NCBI GenBank assembly: GCA_973895155.1
Contig: OZ316899.1
Span: 11,001,135 to 11,065,134, forward strand
Source: Marsupella aquatica
Lineage: Eukaryota > Plantae > Marchantiophyta
DNA: 64,000 nt
Reading direction: 5' to 3'
The notes beneath the pieces were generated by a model. It saw only the letters and a list, made by a program, of their open reading frames with translations, had not been told where the DNA came from and did no database searches. Within the stretch, counting starts at the first letter, position 1; each line of letters starts with the position of its first letter. Below are positions 12,401-24,000 of this stretch, one piece after another. Position numbers and translations under genes: made by a program.

Positions 12401-13454
12401 CTTCAAGTGTAAGTGGTTCAAAATTCACCTGGTTGGTGATAATCGCACGGTACTTCTTGATGAGTGTGGGTTTACTCGACTGAAGACATCAGCAACTAGC
12501 TTTCAACCATCTCATTGGCAAACATTTGAACCATTTACATTCCCAAGTCACCTTGAGCAGTGTTTCTATATTCCGTACCCACCAGACCCAGAGTGGTCAG
12601 TTGTTATACCGTATGTGCCACGGTCCCGTTCCATTATCTGGGAAAAACCTGACGTTATTATTGTGTCAAATGGAGGAGAGGATGAGGACCAGGTTTGATG
12701 CACTAGTAGTAAAACTTGTTGTGGGCCCAGAATTTGACCCTAAACTAACTATCATGGTTTTATTTATATTAACATATTAATTTTCTTCTTTTGTTTTACA
12801 AACACTTAATTGAACTTTGAAATTTCATCTCACTGTTATATATGCAACCCTAGCCGTTTCCAAAGCTATCCTCATGCATGCCACCTTTTTGAAAACCCTA
12901 GTTGTAACCTAAACACATGCATTCTCCATCTTGTAAAGAAACTCTCTCAAACATTTCCATTCTACAAACTTTTCAAACAACTCTCTTTGCAAAACATTTT
13001 CAAGCTTATCAAGAAGCAACTTCTGAACACTTTGTGAATAACACACCATCGGTAATTGTGATGTCAATGGGTTCTCAACTTTGCAAATCAACTGGCTTCG
13101 GTAACTTGCGACTATTTATACTTCACAATATTGTGCGAAGCTAATAGGTTCACAAGATATATTTGAGTACATTATTATCGCTAAATTATGAAACAAAAGA
13201 GATCCAAATGCAGTCGCGATGGTCGCGGCTCCACAAATACTTTGCGAGACAAATACTATCTGAAAGAGTTGTAAATTCAATCCGATCTCAAACAAATTGC
13301 GAGGTATTTAGCTTCGCAACACTATGTTGCGAACCTTTGAGCATGGTTTATTGTGATGCGTGTTTGATCACAAAATATCTGAAGTCGATGACATCGCAAG
13401 ACCATCCCGGCGTAAAAAAAAAAGCTTCGCAAAAGGGGCCAATATGTAGTAGTG

Positions 13455-14404
13455 TAAGTTGCACTTTGGAACCCAGAGAAAGAGTTGAACTTGTTGACAA
13501 TCTTTATGTGTGCCGTCTGCAGATCTGGTTCTATATAAGCTTTATACATGGGATACACCTGCACGGATTGTTATAATCATGTTATAAATCTTCAATCTTC
13601 GCGTCGGGCACATTTTTGTAGAGATTCACCCTAGCGTCTATGGTTCCCACTAGAGCTTGGATTGGCAATTGCTACCTGTTCAATGATAATACTAGCTTAC
13701 GGATTTAATTTTCACGAAACTCTAAGATTTTCACCTTGTCTACTGCTAGACAAAGCTGTCTGACGCTAGGAGTATCCAAGAGTGCATCATTGGCAGGAAG
13801 ATAACAAACTCACTGTTTCAGAAATTTGATGTACGATGTCTTCAAGTGCTTGTCCGGACCAATTTAATGTCCCACGGGACCCTTTTGACGAGATCAAAAT
13901 GAACACCTCTAGTGACAGAAACTCTCAGATCGAGGAGAGGCCTCAACCTTTCACTCAAAGCGTAAATACCTTCGATGATCACTACTCTCAAAGTAGGGAA
14001 TTCCACTGTCCTGTAAAACCGAGTGTCGATATATGTATCAACCAGGCTTGTAACAGTCGGCATAAAAATGGTGAAAGAAAAGAAGACTGTTTCTGGGACT
14101 AGACTAGTGCCAAAGCAGTGATCTGCGAGCAAAAACTTGAGTGCTGCAAGTACGACCTACCAGTTCGTAGTCGTCGTCTGATGCACAATTTCATAATAGG
14201 TCTAACAGAATACCTTCGGAATCAAGATGTTTGACAGCAGAGTCCATTGCCACATGTTTGAAATGGACGAGCAGAAAGAGTGCACTTACTTGTAACCAAC
14301 GCGCTTACTCGTTTTAAAATCATAGATTGGCACTTGAGCAGGTTTCCCATCCCTTAGGTCACGAACATTGTTCAGAAGGGTGTCATAGTCCGTGAGTCTT
14401 GGAT
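13455..14404 (-). pseudogene. Three internal exons of a TTM1/TTM2-like (uridine-kinase/CYTH) gene: 14404-14290, 14010-13814, 13558-13455
   Basis: DPRLTDYDTLL...VPIYDFK; VIIEGIYALSERLRPLLDLRVSV...HFDLVKRV...HQISET; VYPMYKAYIEPDLQTAHIKIVNKFN. GT-AG introns. Frameshift at ~13865. The last exon is cut by the CACTA end. Confidence 0.88.
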
Positions 14405-15056
14405 CTGCGTAACCCGTGCAACAATTAGCGAGTTGATGAAATAGTCGGTCTCCCGGACACTCATTGACAACGTACACAAACCGGAAATGGATCCTCATCG
14501 CTGAAGAAAATTTGACAAACTTGGCATGGCTGAACGAAGAACAATATAAAGTGCGTGAAATCAACTAGGTGTTCAGTTATTGCGGTCATGGCGTCTGAGG
14601 GCTTCCCTTTTCCTACAACTACTGACAAGCCCATAAAGCACAATAAATTCATAAGGTAAGTCCTAAGAAATGTAGACTGCATATACTGTCTCCTTCCAAA
14701 AAATAAAAATTTCCTTAGATTATTTGTGTGCCCAATCTCGAATGTATGCCCTATTTTACTCACTACTTTACTTAATGTCCTCAGATGACCAGCTGATCCA
14801 TACATGAGACATGAGCGGCAGGCTAGGCAGTACTAATCTGCTAAGAAATTGTAGAACAACTACGGTATACAACAGACTGGCGCCATGAACCCTAGTATTC
14901 CATTTATTGCGGTACTACCTGCTAGTTTATGGGCTTCTAGTTGAAAAACTTTGCTAAGATTCTTAGTCCGAGGCTAAAATAGACGAATGAAGTGTGAGTT
15001 CACGGGAAGCCCAAGACAACAACATACAAAAAACCTCCGAGCCGATGCCGAGGAGA

Positions 15057-15207
15057 TGGAAAGGGACCCAGGCTGCATCGGTGTCCCCAATCCGGGCTTG
15101 GCAAAGCACACAATCTGAAGCTGCCTGGAAATCCCTGCCGTTGTGGGTGCAGCAGCCACAACCCCTGCTCCTGAAACAGCTCCTACTGCTGCCTGCACGG
15201 CGGCCAT
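15057..15207 (-). pseudogene. Possible orphan first exon encoding a plastid transit-peptide-like sequence
   Basis: MAAVQAAVGAVSGAGVVAAAPTTAGISRQLQIVCFAK...SAR followed by GT and a T-rich tract. Based on composition only. Confidence 0.35.
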
Positions 15208-15280
15208 TGCTCTATCCTCTCCTCCTCATAAACACTTGCTCCTCCTTCAAGTAGAAACTTGCCATTCTCCATTTCCTTAC

Positions 15281-15476
15281 CGGATTTGCCATAGGCGGCT
15301 TCCGCGGGATTCGCGCGGCTGGTCATGGTCGCAGCACCGGCGAAGAGGGCAATGGCCAATCTTTGGGAGACATTCGACGAAACCTTGGACTCAATAGCGT
15401 TCCGCCCCTCGCTGTTGCATTGCACGACACCAACCGACCTCGCCAAAACGGCCGATCTCACCTGAAGCGACACCAT
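15281..15476 (-). pseudogene. psbP: PsbP (OEE2) first-exon fragment
   Basis: VSQRLAIALFAGAATMTSRANPAEAAYGKS matches the PsbP lumen signal and 'A-x-A-AYGE' cleavage region. Followed by a GTAAG donor. No downstream PsbP exons seen. Confidence 0.72.
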
Positions 15477-17070
15477 AGGGGCACCATTGACAGCTCCAAG
15501 ACGACCCTTCCAGATGTCAAGACGCCCGTCGGGGGCGGCCGACCGGGCTCCGCTCTTTGTCGTAGGAGGAGGGGGAGGGGGAGGAGGAGGAAGGGGTGTA
15601 GCAAGGAGTTTAGGGGAATTGGAGTTGAGGGCCGCACGACGACGGCAACGTGGAGAGGAGGAGGAAGGGGCGAAGCAAGAAGTTTAGGGGAATTGGAGTT
15701 GAGGGCCGCATGACGACGACAACGTGGAGAGGAAGTCGGTTGGAGGAGGAGGAGGAGCAGCTGCGAGGGTGAGGAAGGAAAAATGCAGCACAGGGAAGAG
15801 CAGTGTCAAAATGAACAAGCCGGTGGGTTTAGAACTCGTGCAGCAGCAGCAACAACAACAGAATAATGCAATATGTTGTGCGGGCGCGATTCTCCGTGCG
15901 ACAGTTTTGCGTGTGTGTTTGAAGGACGGAATTTCATTAAACAATAGTTTCCAGGGGGTGCACAAACAAGATTGATCTCCGTCGCAGCGCAGTGCATTGC
16001 ATTGCATTGCAAGGGGTCGGTTGGCCAGCTACGTAGCCTACAGTGTTGTGATATGTGGAGTCGAGAGGGAGGAGTGGTCTGTTGGTTTGAACATATTGTT
16101 GCCCTGCATGCAGTCTTTCAGGATTTGAGTGTAGAGGAGAGATGTCCTATTGGCGTGAAGCTCCTATTTCGACGTTCGAGTGGCGGGGCGCGTTTATATG
16201 CTTGGAAGCTGCTGCTTCGTTGGATTGTTGTCGGGATTGAGCCATAGTACTTGATGTCGTTTCGATCTAGTGGATTGATTCATTCATTTTATGAAATATT
16301 ATAGAGAAGTTTCAGAAGTGCATACTGGAGGAGAAAAAAGTAATTCACTGTTGATGCACTGCCGCTGATTGGTGAGCTGGCTCCACCTCTATCAAGCTCA
16401 AAATAGAGAGCAGGAAGCTTCAATGCCAACTAGAGGTCGAACTGTTTCTAGAGTAGTGGTTTAGCGGGGAAAACCACCACGATCAGTTGATCCTTCTCCG
16501 AGGAATCCTGGACAATAGATGACATCTAGAGCAGTATAGTGAATTATTGTCGTCGAACAGCTGGCGTCTGCATGTTGCCTTCCTTCCCAACCTCCGGATC
16601 TTGCCTCATTGCTCTCTGTACATGTAATCTGTTGAGAGAGGTCTAGTTGTGCGTCGAAGTACGTTCTTGTTTCACATGTTGCATTATTGTCGTGGATACT
16701 GGACTCGCTGTGACGGGTACCCCGTCACGGGAAGTCACACATAACTGGTTGCAAAGGCCGATACCTTGTTAATAGTCAATGTAAATAAGCCATTTTTTAA
16801 TTTTTAGTTAATTCCGTCATTATAGGTTGATGATGCCCCAGGTGACTTTATATTCTTTCTCTCATAATAGTTCTAAGATTTGCGGCGACCTAAGTGGGCA
16901 AATATTTTGGGACCTTGAAACTAGCCAGGACCAGCCCCATAGGACTTACCGTTTTGCTTCAAGAGCTATTGTTGAGACCCCCATTGCAAAGTCAGGAGAG
17001 GGGGGGGTTTTTTTTAAATAAATCCCTCCTCAGGAGGGCGAGTCCCATTAGTGGCCGTCCGAGAGAAAGA

Positions 17071-17395
17071 GGGGCTGCCTCGCGAGCCCATAGGGCTGCG
17101 TGCCCGGGCGATTAATGGGGCTCCGCGAGCTGAAGGGGCTGCCTCGCGAGCCCATAGGGCTGCGTGCCCGGGCAATTAATGAGGCTCCGCGAGCTGAAGG
17201 AGCGCAAGCGAGCGGGGGGGGGGAGTTAAAGGGCCTCCCGCGAGCTGGGAGGATCACGCGAGCGGGGGGGAGTTAAAGGGCCTCCCGCGAGCTGGGAGGA
17301 TCACGCGAGCGGGGGGGAGTTAAAGGGCCTCCCGCGAGCTGGGAGGATCACGCGAGCGGGGGGGAGTTGAAGGGCCTCCCGCGAGCCGGGAGGAA
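17071..17395 (+). repeat. GC-rich tandem repeats in the LTR (two ~65-bp units, four ~47-bp units); copied at ~27765-28090
   Basis: Unit gcgagcgggggggagttaaagggcctcccgcgagctgggaggatcac starts at 17208, 17258, 17305 and 17352. Confidence 0.9.
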
Positions 17396-17816
17396 TGGCC
17401 GCGCGCCCTGCATAGGGCCGCGCGCAGGAGGACGCAAGGGTAAGGCCCGAGAAATGGGCCGGGGCGCATGGCGAAGGCGCCAGGAGTTTTTTCGGTTCTA
17501 TTTTTTTTCCTTCCTTTTTCTTTCCCTCTTCCTTTTGCACGACCCTCTCATTGCCGAAAGCAAAAACGGGGTTCTTCTCTCTCTTGCCGGAAGCTCTCTC
17601 CAGATTCTAATTATTTTTGAAGCTCTCTCTTTCATGGTGGATTAGTGGGGCTTGCTGGCGTCATTCTTCCAGGCATTAGTGGCGGCCGCACGGAGTAGTG
17701 ACGGGAAATTGAGAGAATTTAAGTGATCGGGCTACGGGGGCTGTTTCGGGCCAGGGAATTGACATTGCCACGGGTGACGGGATTGGTGATTGAGAAATTG
17801 ATTTCGGGATGCATGG

Positions 17817-19673
17817 ATGCTAGATCAACCAGAGTTTAGTGCGTCACGCATTCGGAGATACAAGGCTGCTTACCGTGACTACGTGGAGACTCGGATTACA
17901 CGGGAAAGGGAAGAGAGAGAAGTTATGATGAGCACGGGATTGGCAGCGGGTTCCTCACCGGTGGGTAGGAAGATTTTTCGTCGAATTTATCCCAAGACCT
18001 CCACCAAGGTGATGGAGGATTGTCGGAACATTTTCCAAGCCACCGGGCTTACAGAATTCATGAAGGTGGAGATTACCATCCCTTCAGGGAAGAGCTGGGA
18101 CATTGAGGCCGGGATGGAGTTCCGAACGGAGGGAATCTACTTTGAATGTCTCAAACGTGTAGTGCCCCATGTGGAGTTGGCTAAGCTATTGTTTCTTGAG
18201 AATCAGAAATTCTCATTCACACCTCGGAATATCAGGGGAGAACTCACGTTGAAAATGGTGGCCACTTGGGTGACCAATCCTACCTCCACCACCGCCATCC
18301 CTCTTTCTGCTGTCAAGGATGTTGAGTATAAGGGCTTCCTGGCCAAGGTGCATCAACGGGTTCTTGGCAACGTGCAATCCGGAGTGCTGAATGAGGAGCA
18401 TTTCGTGGTAGCTATGGACATCAAGAACTACCCAGCCCATGTGTACGGATGGTGGTGCTACGGATTGAAGAAGCTATTGGCCGCTGAGCCCGGGAGTGTG
18501 AAACCAGGTGGGGCTGTACATTTGATGGGGTCATTTGTATTGGCCAGGGCAGAAGGGTTGATTGGTTCTCCGGGGCATGAAGACACGGGATCATCTCTCA
18601 CCACGGAGATCCGGAGTATTGCCACTACCGTTTTAGGGAAGCTCACGGAGGAATCATTGTCTGCTGGTGGGGAGGATAATAGAGAAGAAGAGAACCAGGA
18701 GGATGATTGCACATTGGAGTGGCTTGAATCACTCGTGGGAGATCCGAAACAGCCTCTGGAATACAACATTCCGGATGTTTACTTGGCAGAGCTACGGGAT
18801 TTCAGAGAGGGAGTCCACGAGGGACTCAAGCTAGTCCACGCATTGAGGGAGTCTCTCAAGCACGCCACAGTCAAAGTAGAGACGTTAGAGCAGAGCATCC
18901 TGTCACTGAAGGAGGTGATCAAGACCAAGGAGCAGACCATTCATGAGAAGGTCAGGCACATCAATGCAGCTCACGTAGAGATCACCAACTTGAAGGGAGC
19001 TTTGTCCACCAAGGCCAAGGAAGCAGAAGAAGTAGGAGCGTTGAGGCAAGCATTGGCCAAAGAGAAGCAAAATTCTGGAGAAGTGATGGAGTGGAGGAAC
19101 CAGGTGGGAGCACTACGGAGTCAGGTGGCAGCCTTTGAGACACGAGCGAAGAGAAGTGAGGCCCTGAGTCTAGGGAAACGGAAGAGTCCCGGCACACCTG
19201 GCTCCACACTTTCCCCGGATGTGATCTCCCAAGCTATCGAGATGGTGGTGAAGGAGGTTAGTGGGAAGTATGGACCCTTGTTGGATGGAGCCAAGAAGAG
19301 TCAGGAGAAGAGTAAGAGCTTGGAGAAGAAGCTCCGGGAGGTACGGAAATCGTTACGGGAGGCTCAGGTCAGTACGGGGATGCCACCCAGGTCTGTCACC
19401 CCCGGGACTCCCATGGCCACGGGGCAAGTTCTACCGTTGGAGTTGCGGTCCGGAGAAGAGGCTACCCTCTGGAAGGACACAATTGGTGAGGGGTACATCA
19501 AGGCGTGGCAGGCCTTGGCTGCTTTGAGGAAGCGCGGGAGCAGCAGCACTAAGAGTACTCCGTCGAAGAAGAAGAAAAGTACGGTGGCACTCACTCCCGT
19601 GAGTGATGAGGAGGAGGACCACTCACGGGGCACAAGTCCGGGCACCGAGAGCGAAGAAGAAGAGGAGGATTAG
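17817..19673 (+). CDS. 618-aa LTR-encoded protein of unknown function (globular N half, coiled coil, basic/acidic tail), copy 1
   Basis: Intact ORF entirely inside the 5' LTR. NLS-like PSKKKK and an acidic C-terminus. Confidence 0.88.
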   Translation: MLDQPEFSASRIRRYKAAYRDYVETRITREREEREVMMSTGLAAGSSPVGRKIFRRIYPKTSTKVMEDCRNIFQATGLTEFMKVEITIPSGKSWDIEAGMEFRTEGIYFECLKRVVPHVELAKLLFLENQKFSFTPRNIRGELTLKMVATWVTNPTSTTAIPLSAVKDVEYKGFLAKVHQRVLGNVQSGVLNEEHFVVAMDIKNYPAHVYGWWCYGLKKLLAAEPGSVKPGGAVHLMGSFVLARAEGLIGSPGHEDTGSSLTTEIRSIATTVLGKLTEESLSAGGEDNREEENQEDDCTLEWLESLVGDPKQPLEYNIPDVYLAELRDFREGVHEGLKLVHALRESLKHATVKVETLEQSILSLKEVIKTKEQTIHEKVRHINAAHVEITNLKGALSTKAKEAEEVGALRQALAKEKQNSGEVMEWRNQVGALRSQVAAFETRAKRSEALSLGKRKSPGTPGSTLSPDVISQAIEMVVKEVSGKYGPLLDGAKKSQEKSKSLEKKLREVRKSLREAQVSTGMPPRSVTPGTPMATGQVLPLELRSGEEATLWKDTIGEGYIKAWQALAALRKRGSSSTKSTPSKKKKSTVALTPVSDEEEDHSRGTSPGTESEEEEED

Positions 19674-20804
19674 ATAGGCGTACGGACGTGGGTGTACGGC
19701 CTCCAGATTTCCAACATTTTAGTGGGGGGTCACTCATGGGCTTGTTGGGATGAGCTCGCGGAGCTGATTCCAACAAGAGGCGGCGCTCCTCAAACGGAGC
19801 CAGGATGAGCAAGTTATGGCCTGGAGAACTTATGTTTTTGCGGTACGGAAACGGCCATAACTCAGGCGTCTGAAGTCCGTTGAGGGAGCGACTTAGTGAT
19901 TCGGAAGCAGGAAAAGAAGAGCTATCCAGGGGTGAGCTCAGGTGTGCACTTGGAAGGGCACCTAGTTTCGGCCATTTTGGGGTGCCTCTCACTTTCAGGG
20001 TTCACGTGTACTGTTGGGGCGCCGTCGAAGGCACCGTCGGCCCCCTTGTTTTGGGTTTAGGGTTTTAGCAGCATGTGTGTGCCGCATGCTCCTCTTCAGT
20101 TTAAGGATTTCTCTTAGTGCAAGGTTTTAGCGGCGCCGCTAGGGTAGCCGCCACCGTTGTGACCCTGTGAGGGGTGCTTTGGTGTGATTTTTCAGTATTT
20201 AGGGGGATAGCCCCGAAGTAGTTAGGGGGACTCAGTGTGAAGTTAGCAAGGAGGGATAGAGTGGAGCCTGAGGAGTTTGAAAGCGTGTTCAGAGTAGTGA
20301 GGGGGAGCCATACTCATTGTCCGGAGAGGCAGGAGTTGAGTAGACGGCAGGAGGCCGGGTTACTCATGCAATGTGTATCGTTTTTCCCAAGAGATATGGA
20401 TCTGTACATTTGACTTGATGGGCTTTTGTTGTGTGTTCCTTCTCCCTTTTTCGCTTTCCGAATTGTGTTCTCCCGTTCTATGATTTGAAGAAACTTGCTT
20501 GGTTTGAGTCGGCCTTGTGAGTAGGGGTGGTGACAGCACTCTTTGGGTGACTCCGAGTGAAGGTGTAGTGGGGTAGTCGGCAGGACTTGATCAAAAGCTG
20601 TGGGGTGAGGGTAGTCGGTAGACTTGATCAAAACCTACATTTCCGGGAGCGGAAACCAAAATACTCATCCTGGTGTGAAAAGAATCCAAATAGCGTCCCT
20701 CCACGACCCCGTAATACGATACCAACGGTTTAAGCGAAGAAAAGTGCGGTTTGCACGTATTAACCGTTGGAGAGGCAAGTGACATAAGTGTGGTCTTTTG
20801 TTTT

Positions 20805-20822
20805 TGGCGCCGCTGCCGGGGA
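20805..20822 (+). promoter_or_regulatory. Primer-binding site, tRNA-Asp type
   Basis: TGGCGCCGCTGCCGGGGA versus the Athila-type PBS TGGCGCCGTTGCCGGGGA. Confidence 0.85.
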
Positions 20823-21039
20823 ATCCTTCTTCTTGTTTGACGACACGAAGGAGGGGAGCTACGTCTATTGGGAGTTCAAACCTATCAACCACAACGCAAC
20901 TTGCGACGGTTGATACGTGAGAAGTTTGTTGGTTACTTTGTTATTGTACGTCAACCACAACGCATCGTGCGACGGTTGATGTTTACAAATATTGCTTTCT
21001 GAGACATTGGTGTAAGTTTGGAATGCAGGTCTCAATGGG

Positions 21040-24000
21040 ATGCCGAGAGGGAGAAGGGGAGGTAGAGGAAGTCCCCAACACACACGTACCCCAAGATCAG
21101 AGCTAGAAGGGGGGCCCTCTTGGATTGGGACCAGACGACGAGTTGCTGCCGAAGAACGCTTACGGCTTGCAGAAGAGAGGAGGTTGCCACTGGTGCTGGA
21201 AGAACAAGTTGGTGTGCAACAGGAAGAGGCTCAACGTAATGAGGCCATATGCCCAGACGAAGAGCCAGACATAGATCACGAGCGAGAAGAAGGAGAGCCC
21301 TTTGTGTTGGTGCAGTCTGAGTTACAAAATCTGATCCCAGAGCTCACTGCATTGCCACAAATCATCTCACACCTATCATCGGTGCTGTTACCGGTGGCCC
21401 AACAAGCGCCATTACCACCTGTGTTGATACAGGCACCGGCTGCACCGATGGCAGCTGCACAACGTACCCGTGTTCAGTACGTACCCTTCAAGGGGAGACC
21501 AAAGGATGATCCAGACGAATGGATTGAGGAGTTTGAAGGGATTGCCGAAGCTAATGGGGAGTCTGCACATAAGCTCACTATCATTCCTGGAATGATGAGA
21601 GGGGAGGCAGGTCCATGGTTCATTTCGTTGTTGGCCAACGTGAAAGCTGATTGGGCTCTGTTCAAGCAAGCCTTCTTGAAGGAGTTCAGATCCATAGGAG
21701 TGGAGGCCACCTCACTATTAAAGGTGGGCCAACTCAGGATGAAGAAGAAGGAGTCATTACGGAGGTTTTTGCAAAGGTTCCAAAAGCTGGTACGTCGGAT
21801 CCAAGCCCGTACCGATGATGCTATGCGTCAAGCCTGGTTTGTGGCTGCCCTACCAAGCAAGATGGGGTTCTTTGTACGTCAAGCCAAGCCAACCACATTG
21901 GCTGAAGCTATTGCAGCAGCGGAGTCATACACCGCAGCTGATGCCACAAGCAAGCGTTGCCGAAGAAAGAAGCTGAAGCCGGTTGACAGTTCCTCCAGTG
22001 AGGAGTCGAGTGGATCTGATTCAGATAGTAGTGATGAATCTGAGGATTCTGAGAGTACTACAGAGTCAGACACTACGGAGTCAGAAGCTGAAAGACGAAG
22101 GAGGAAGAAGAAGAAGTTGTCAAAGAAAGTCAAGAAGTCCTCTCACCGTGAAGTGATACTACCCACGGTGGCCGTTACACCATTGTCTACGGCAAGACGC
22201 CTGAAGGAGCAAGAGGCCAGATATGATGAGCTGACGGAGCAAATGAAAGCGTTGAAAGTACATTTTGCCGGACTCAAACCTGAGAGGAGAAAAGTTCCGG
22301 TGGAGAGAGCCAATGTGTGGTGCACCAAGTGCATGAAGTTTGGTCATGCCCCGAAGGAGTGCCCAGCGGGAGAACCAGCCAAGGTTTTCCAAGTACGGGA
22401 GGAGGATGTTGAGGGGGCAAGCTACTCAAATCCTTCATATGCAGCGGAAGGGCCAATAGAGTACTTCATGGAGGAGCCACCAGAGGCCAACGTGTATAGT
22501 GTACAACCTCTCAACCCGGGACCACGGAGCATTCATGGAGTTTCAACAAACGCCGGAGCACCCGCATACTCCAACTATCCCAACGCTAACCCAGGGAATC
22601 GACCACCGTACCCTGGAGTGAGGAAGATCCCTATTTGTTACAATTGTAGAGTGGCGGGCCACTACGCTAATGTGTGCCCAGAGCCCACCCGTCAAGGCAA
22701 TGGAGATTTTGCCCGGCTGTGTCAACTATGCAAGGGGGAGGGTCATCTTGCACCACACTGCCCAACCTTGGAGGCGTTCAAGGCTCAACCGATTGGGGCA
22801 CAAGAGAAGAAGGGGCCGCCACCTCCTCTGAAAGAAGCTAGCGTCAACTTTCTCACCACGGAAGCAGTCGACACCCCTCTAATCACTAGAAGAGAAGAAA
22901 CCGTAGTGAACATTCCCAAGCAAAGGATGACCACCATAACGGAGGAGGTGGTACCGCTAGTCGTTGTAGTATCTCCAGTTGTTGAGATACCGGTGGTTGT
23001 TGTTGCAACATCTACGGAAGTTGAAGTTGCTAACCCCTCACCCCCAAGTCATGAGTGGACTCATGCTGAGAATCTACCGGAGGAAGACAGCGACGAGGAG
23101 AGAAGGCATTACTCTTGTTACCGAGTCTCCACTCAATCCGGCAAAAAGAAGGGCAAGTCCGAGCTCAAGCAGAAGTACAAGGAGGTGCATCAAGCTTCCA
23201 CATCGGGTACCTCACACGAACCGGAGGTGCCACCCATGGAGGATAGTGACTTTGATCGGGACAACCCCAAGTTGTTCTATCCGAAGGTGGGAGAAGAGGT
23301 ACGTAAGCAGTTGGAGGAGCTAGAAGCACAAGCCATGCAAGCGGCCATTGACAAAGACATGGAGGAGGCAAAGGCCAGAAAGAAAGCGGAGGAGAGGGTT
23401 GTTCGTTGGAAACCGGGAGAAGAGGTCATCCCACCCATACCTCCTGCAACCGCGTACAACATTGCTCAAGACATTCTGGATTGCCCAGTCAGTGCCACAA
23501 TTGGTCAACTATTACGGGATAGCTCCCTATACCGTCGCCAAGTCAAGGAGATTCTCATGAGGAGGAGACGTAGAAGAAGGTTACCCAAAGTTGGGGCTGA
23601 CCCCATACAAGTCAACTGGGTCACGGAGGATTTGGGTGCCCCAGAACTCACGGTGGACATCAATGGATGTGCAATACGGTTTGTACCGGTGGACGGGGGC
23701 TCGGGAGTCAACATCATGACTGAGGAGACGGCAAACCGGTTGGGGTATACAGAGTTAGAACCACCGGCACGTGCCATGAGGTTGGCTGATGGTGCACGGG
23801 TGGTGCCGTTGGGGTGTCTCACCAAGATTCCAACAATGATTGGGGGAAAATCTTTCCCCCTCAACTATTTGGTGATGCGACCCGTTCGGCCGTACGGTTT
23901 TCCCATTTTAATTGGCAGGCCATGGTTGTATGTGGCCAAGGTCACAAGTGATTGGGGCAAACGGCAGTTTCGGTTTGGTATCCCCACTATCACTATTCCA

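Larger units (their letters stand above)
4701..12698 (+). pseudogene. CACTA transposase (TnpD; Transposase_21/DUF4218/DUF4216-like), disrupted
   Basis: Exon starts at 4701 (NVRPSQD), resumes at ~9489 after the insertion (LPQDGETSS), intron 10617-10750. Motifs: LGLASDGVSP, SVWPVVVMNYNLPPW, WTIHDYPG, LDPMHIEGNV, LKTHDYH, VHLLVHL, GPVHCRWMYWLER, FKCKWF. Premature TAG at 11203 and a frameshift at ~11380. Confidence 0.92.
1..13454 (+). mobile_element. CACTA (En/Spm) DNA transposon; right end at 13454, left end outside the window
   Basis: Ends in ...GCTTCGCAAAAGGGGCCAATATGTAGTAGTG (reverse complement CACTACTACATATTGGCCCC), followed by TAA (candidate 3-bp TSD). Dense TTGCGA/TCGCAA motifs at ~140-330, ~1630-1850 and ~13080-13440. 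Contains a TnpD-like transposase. Confidence 0.9.
16709..20784 (+). repeat. 5' LTR (4076 bp)
   Basis: TGTGACGGG...AAGTGACA; near-identical to 27403-31480. Confidence 0.97.

Noticed and set aside
17208-17395. CRISPR-like repeat array
   Set aside because: Head-to-tail repeats with no unique spacers, in a eukaryotic LTR.
17817-19673. Envelope glycoprotein
   Set aside because: No evident signal peptide or transmembrane anchor; the C-terminus is charged.
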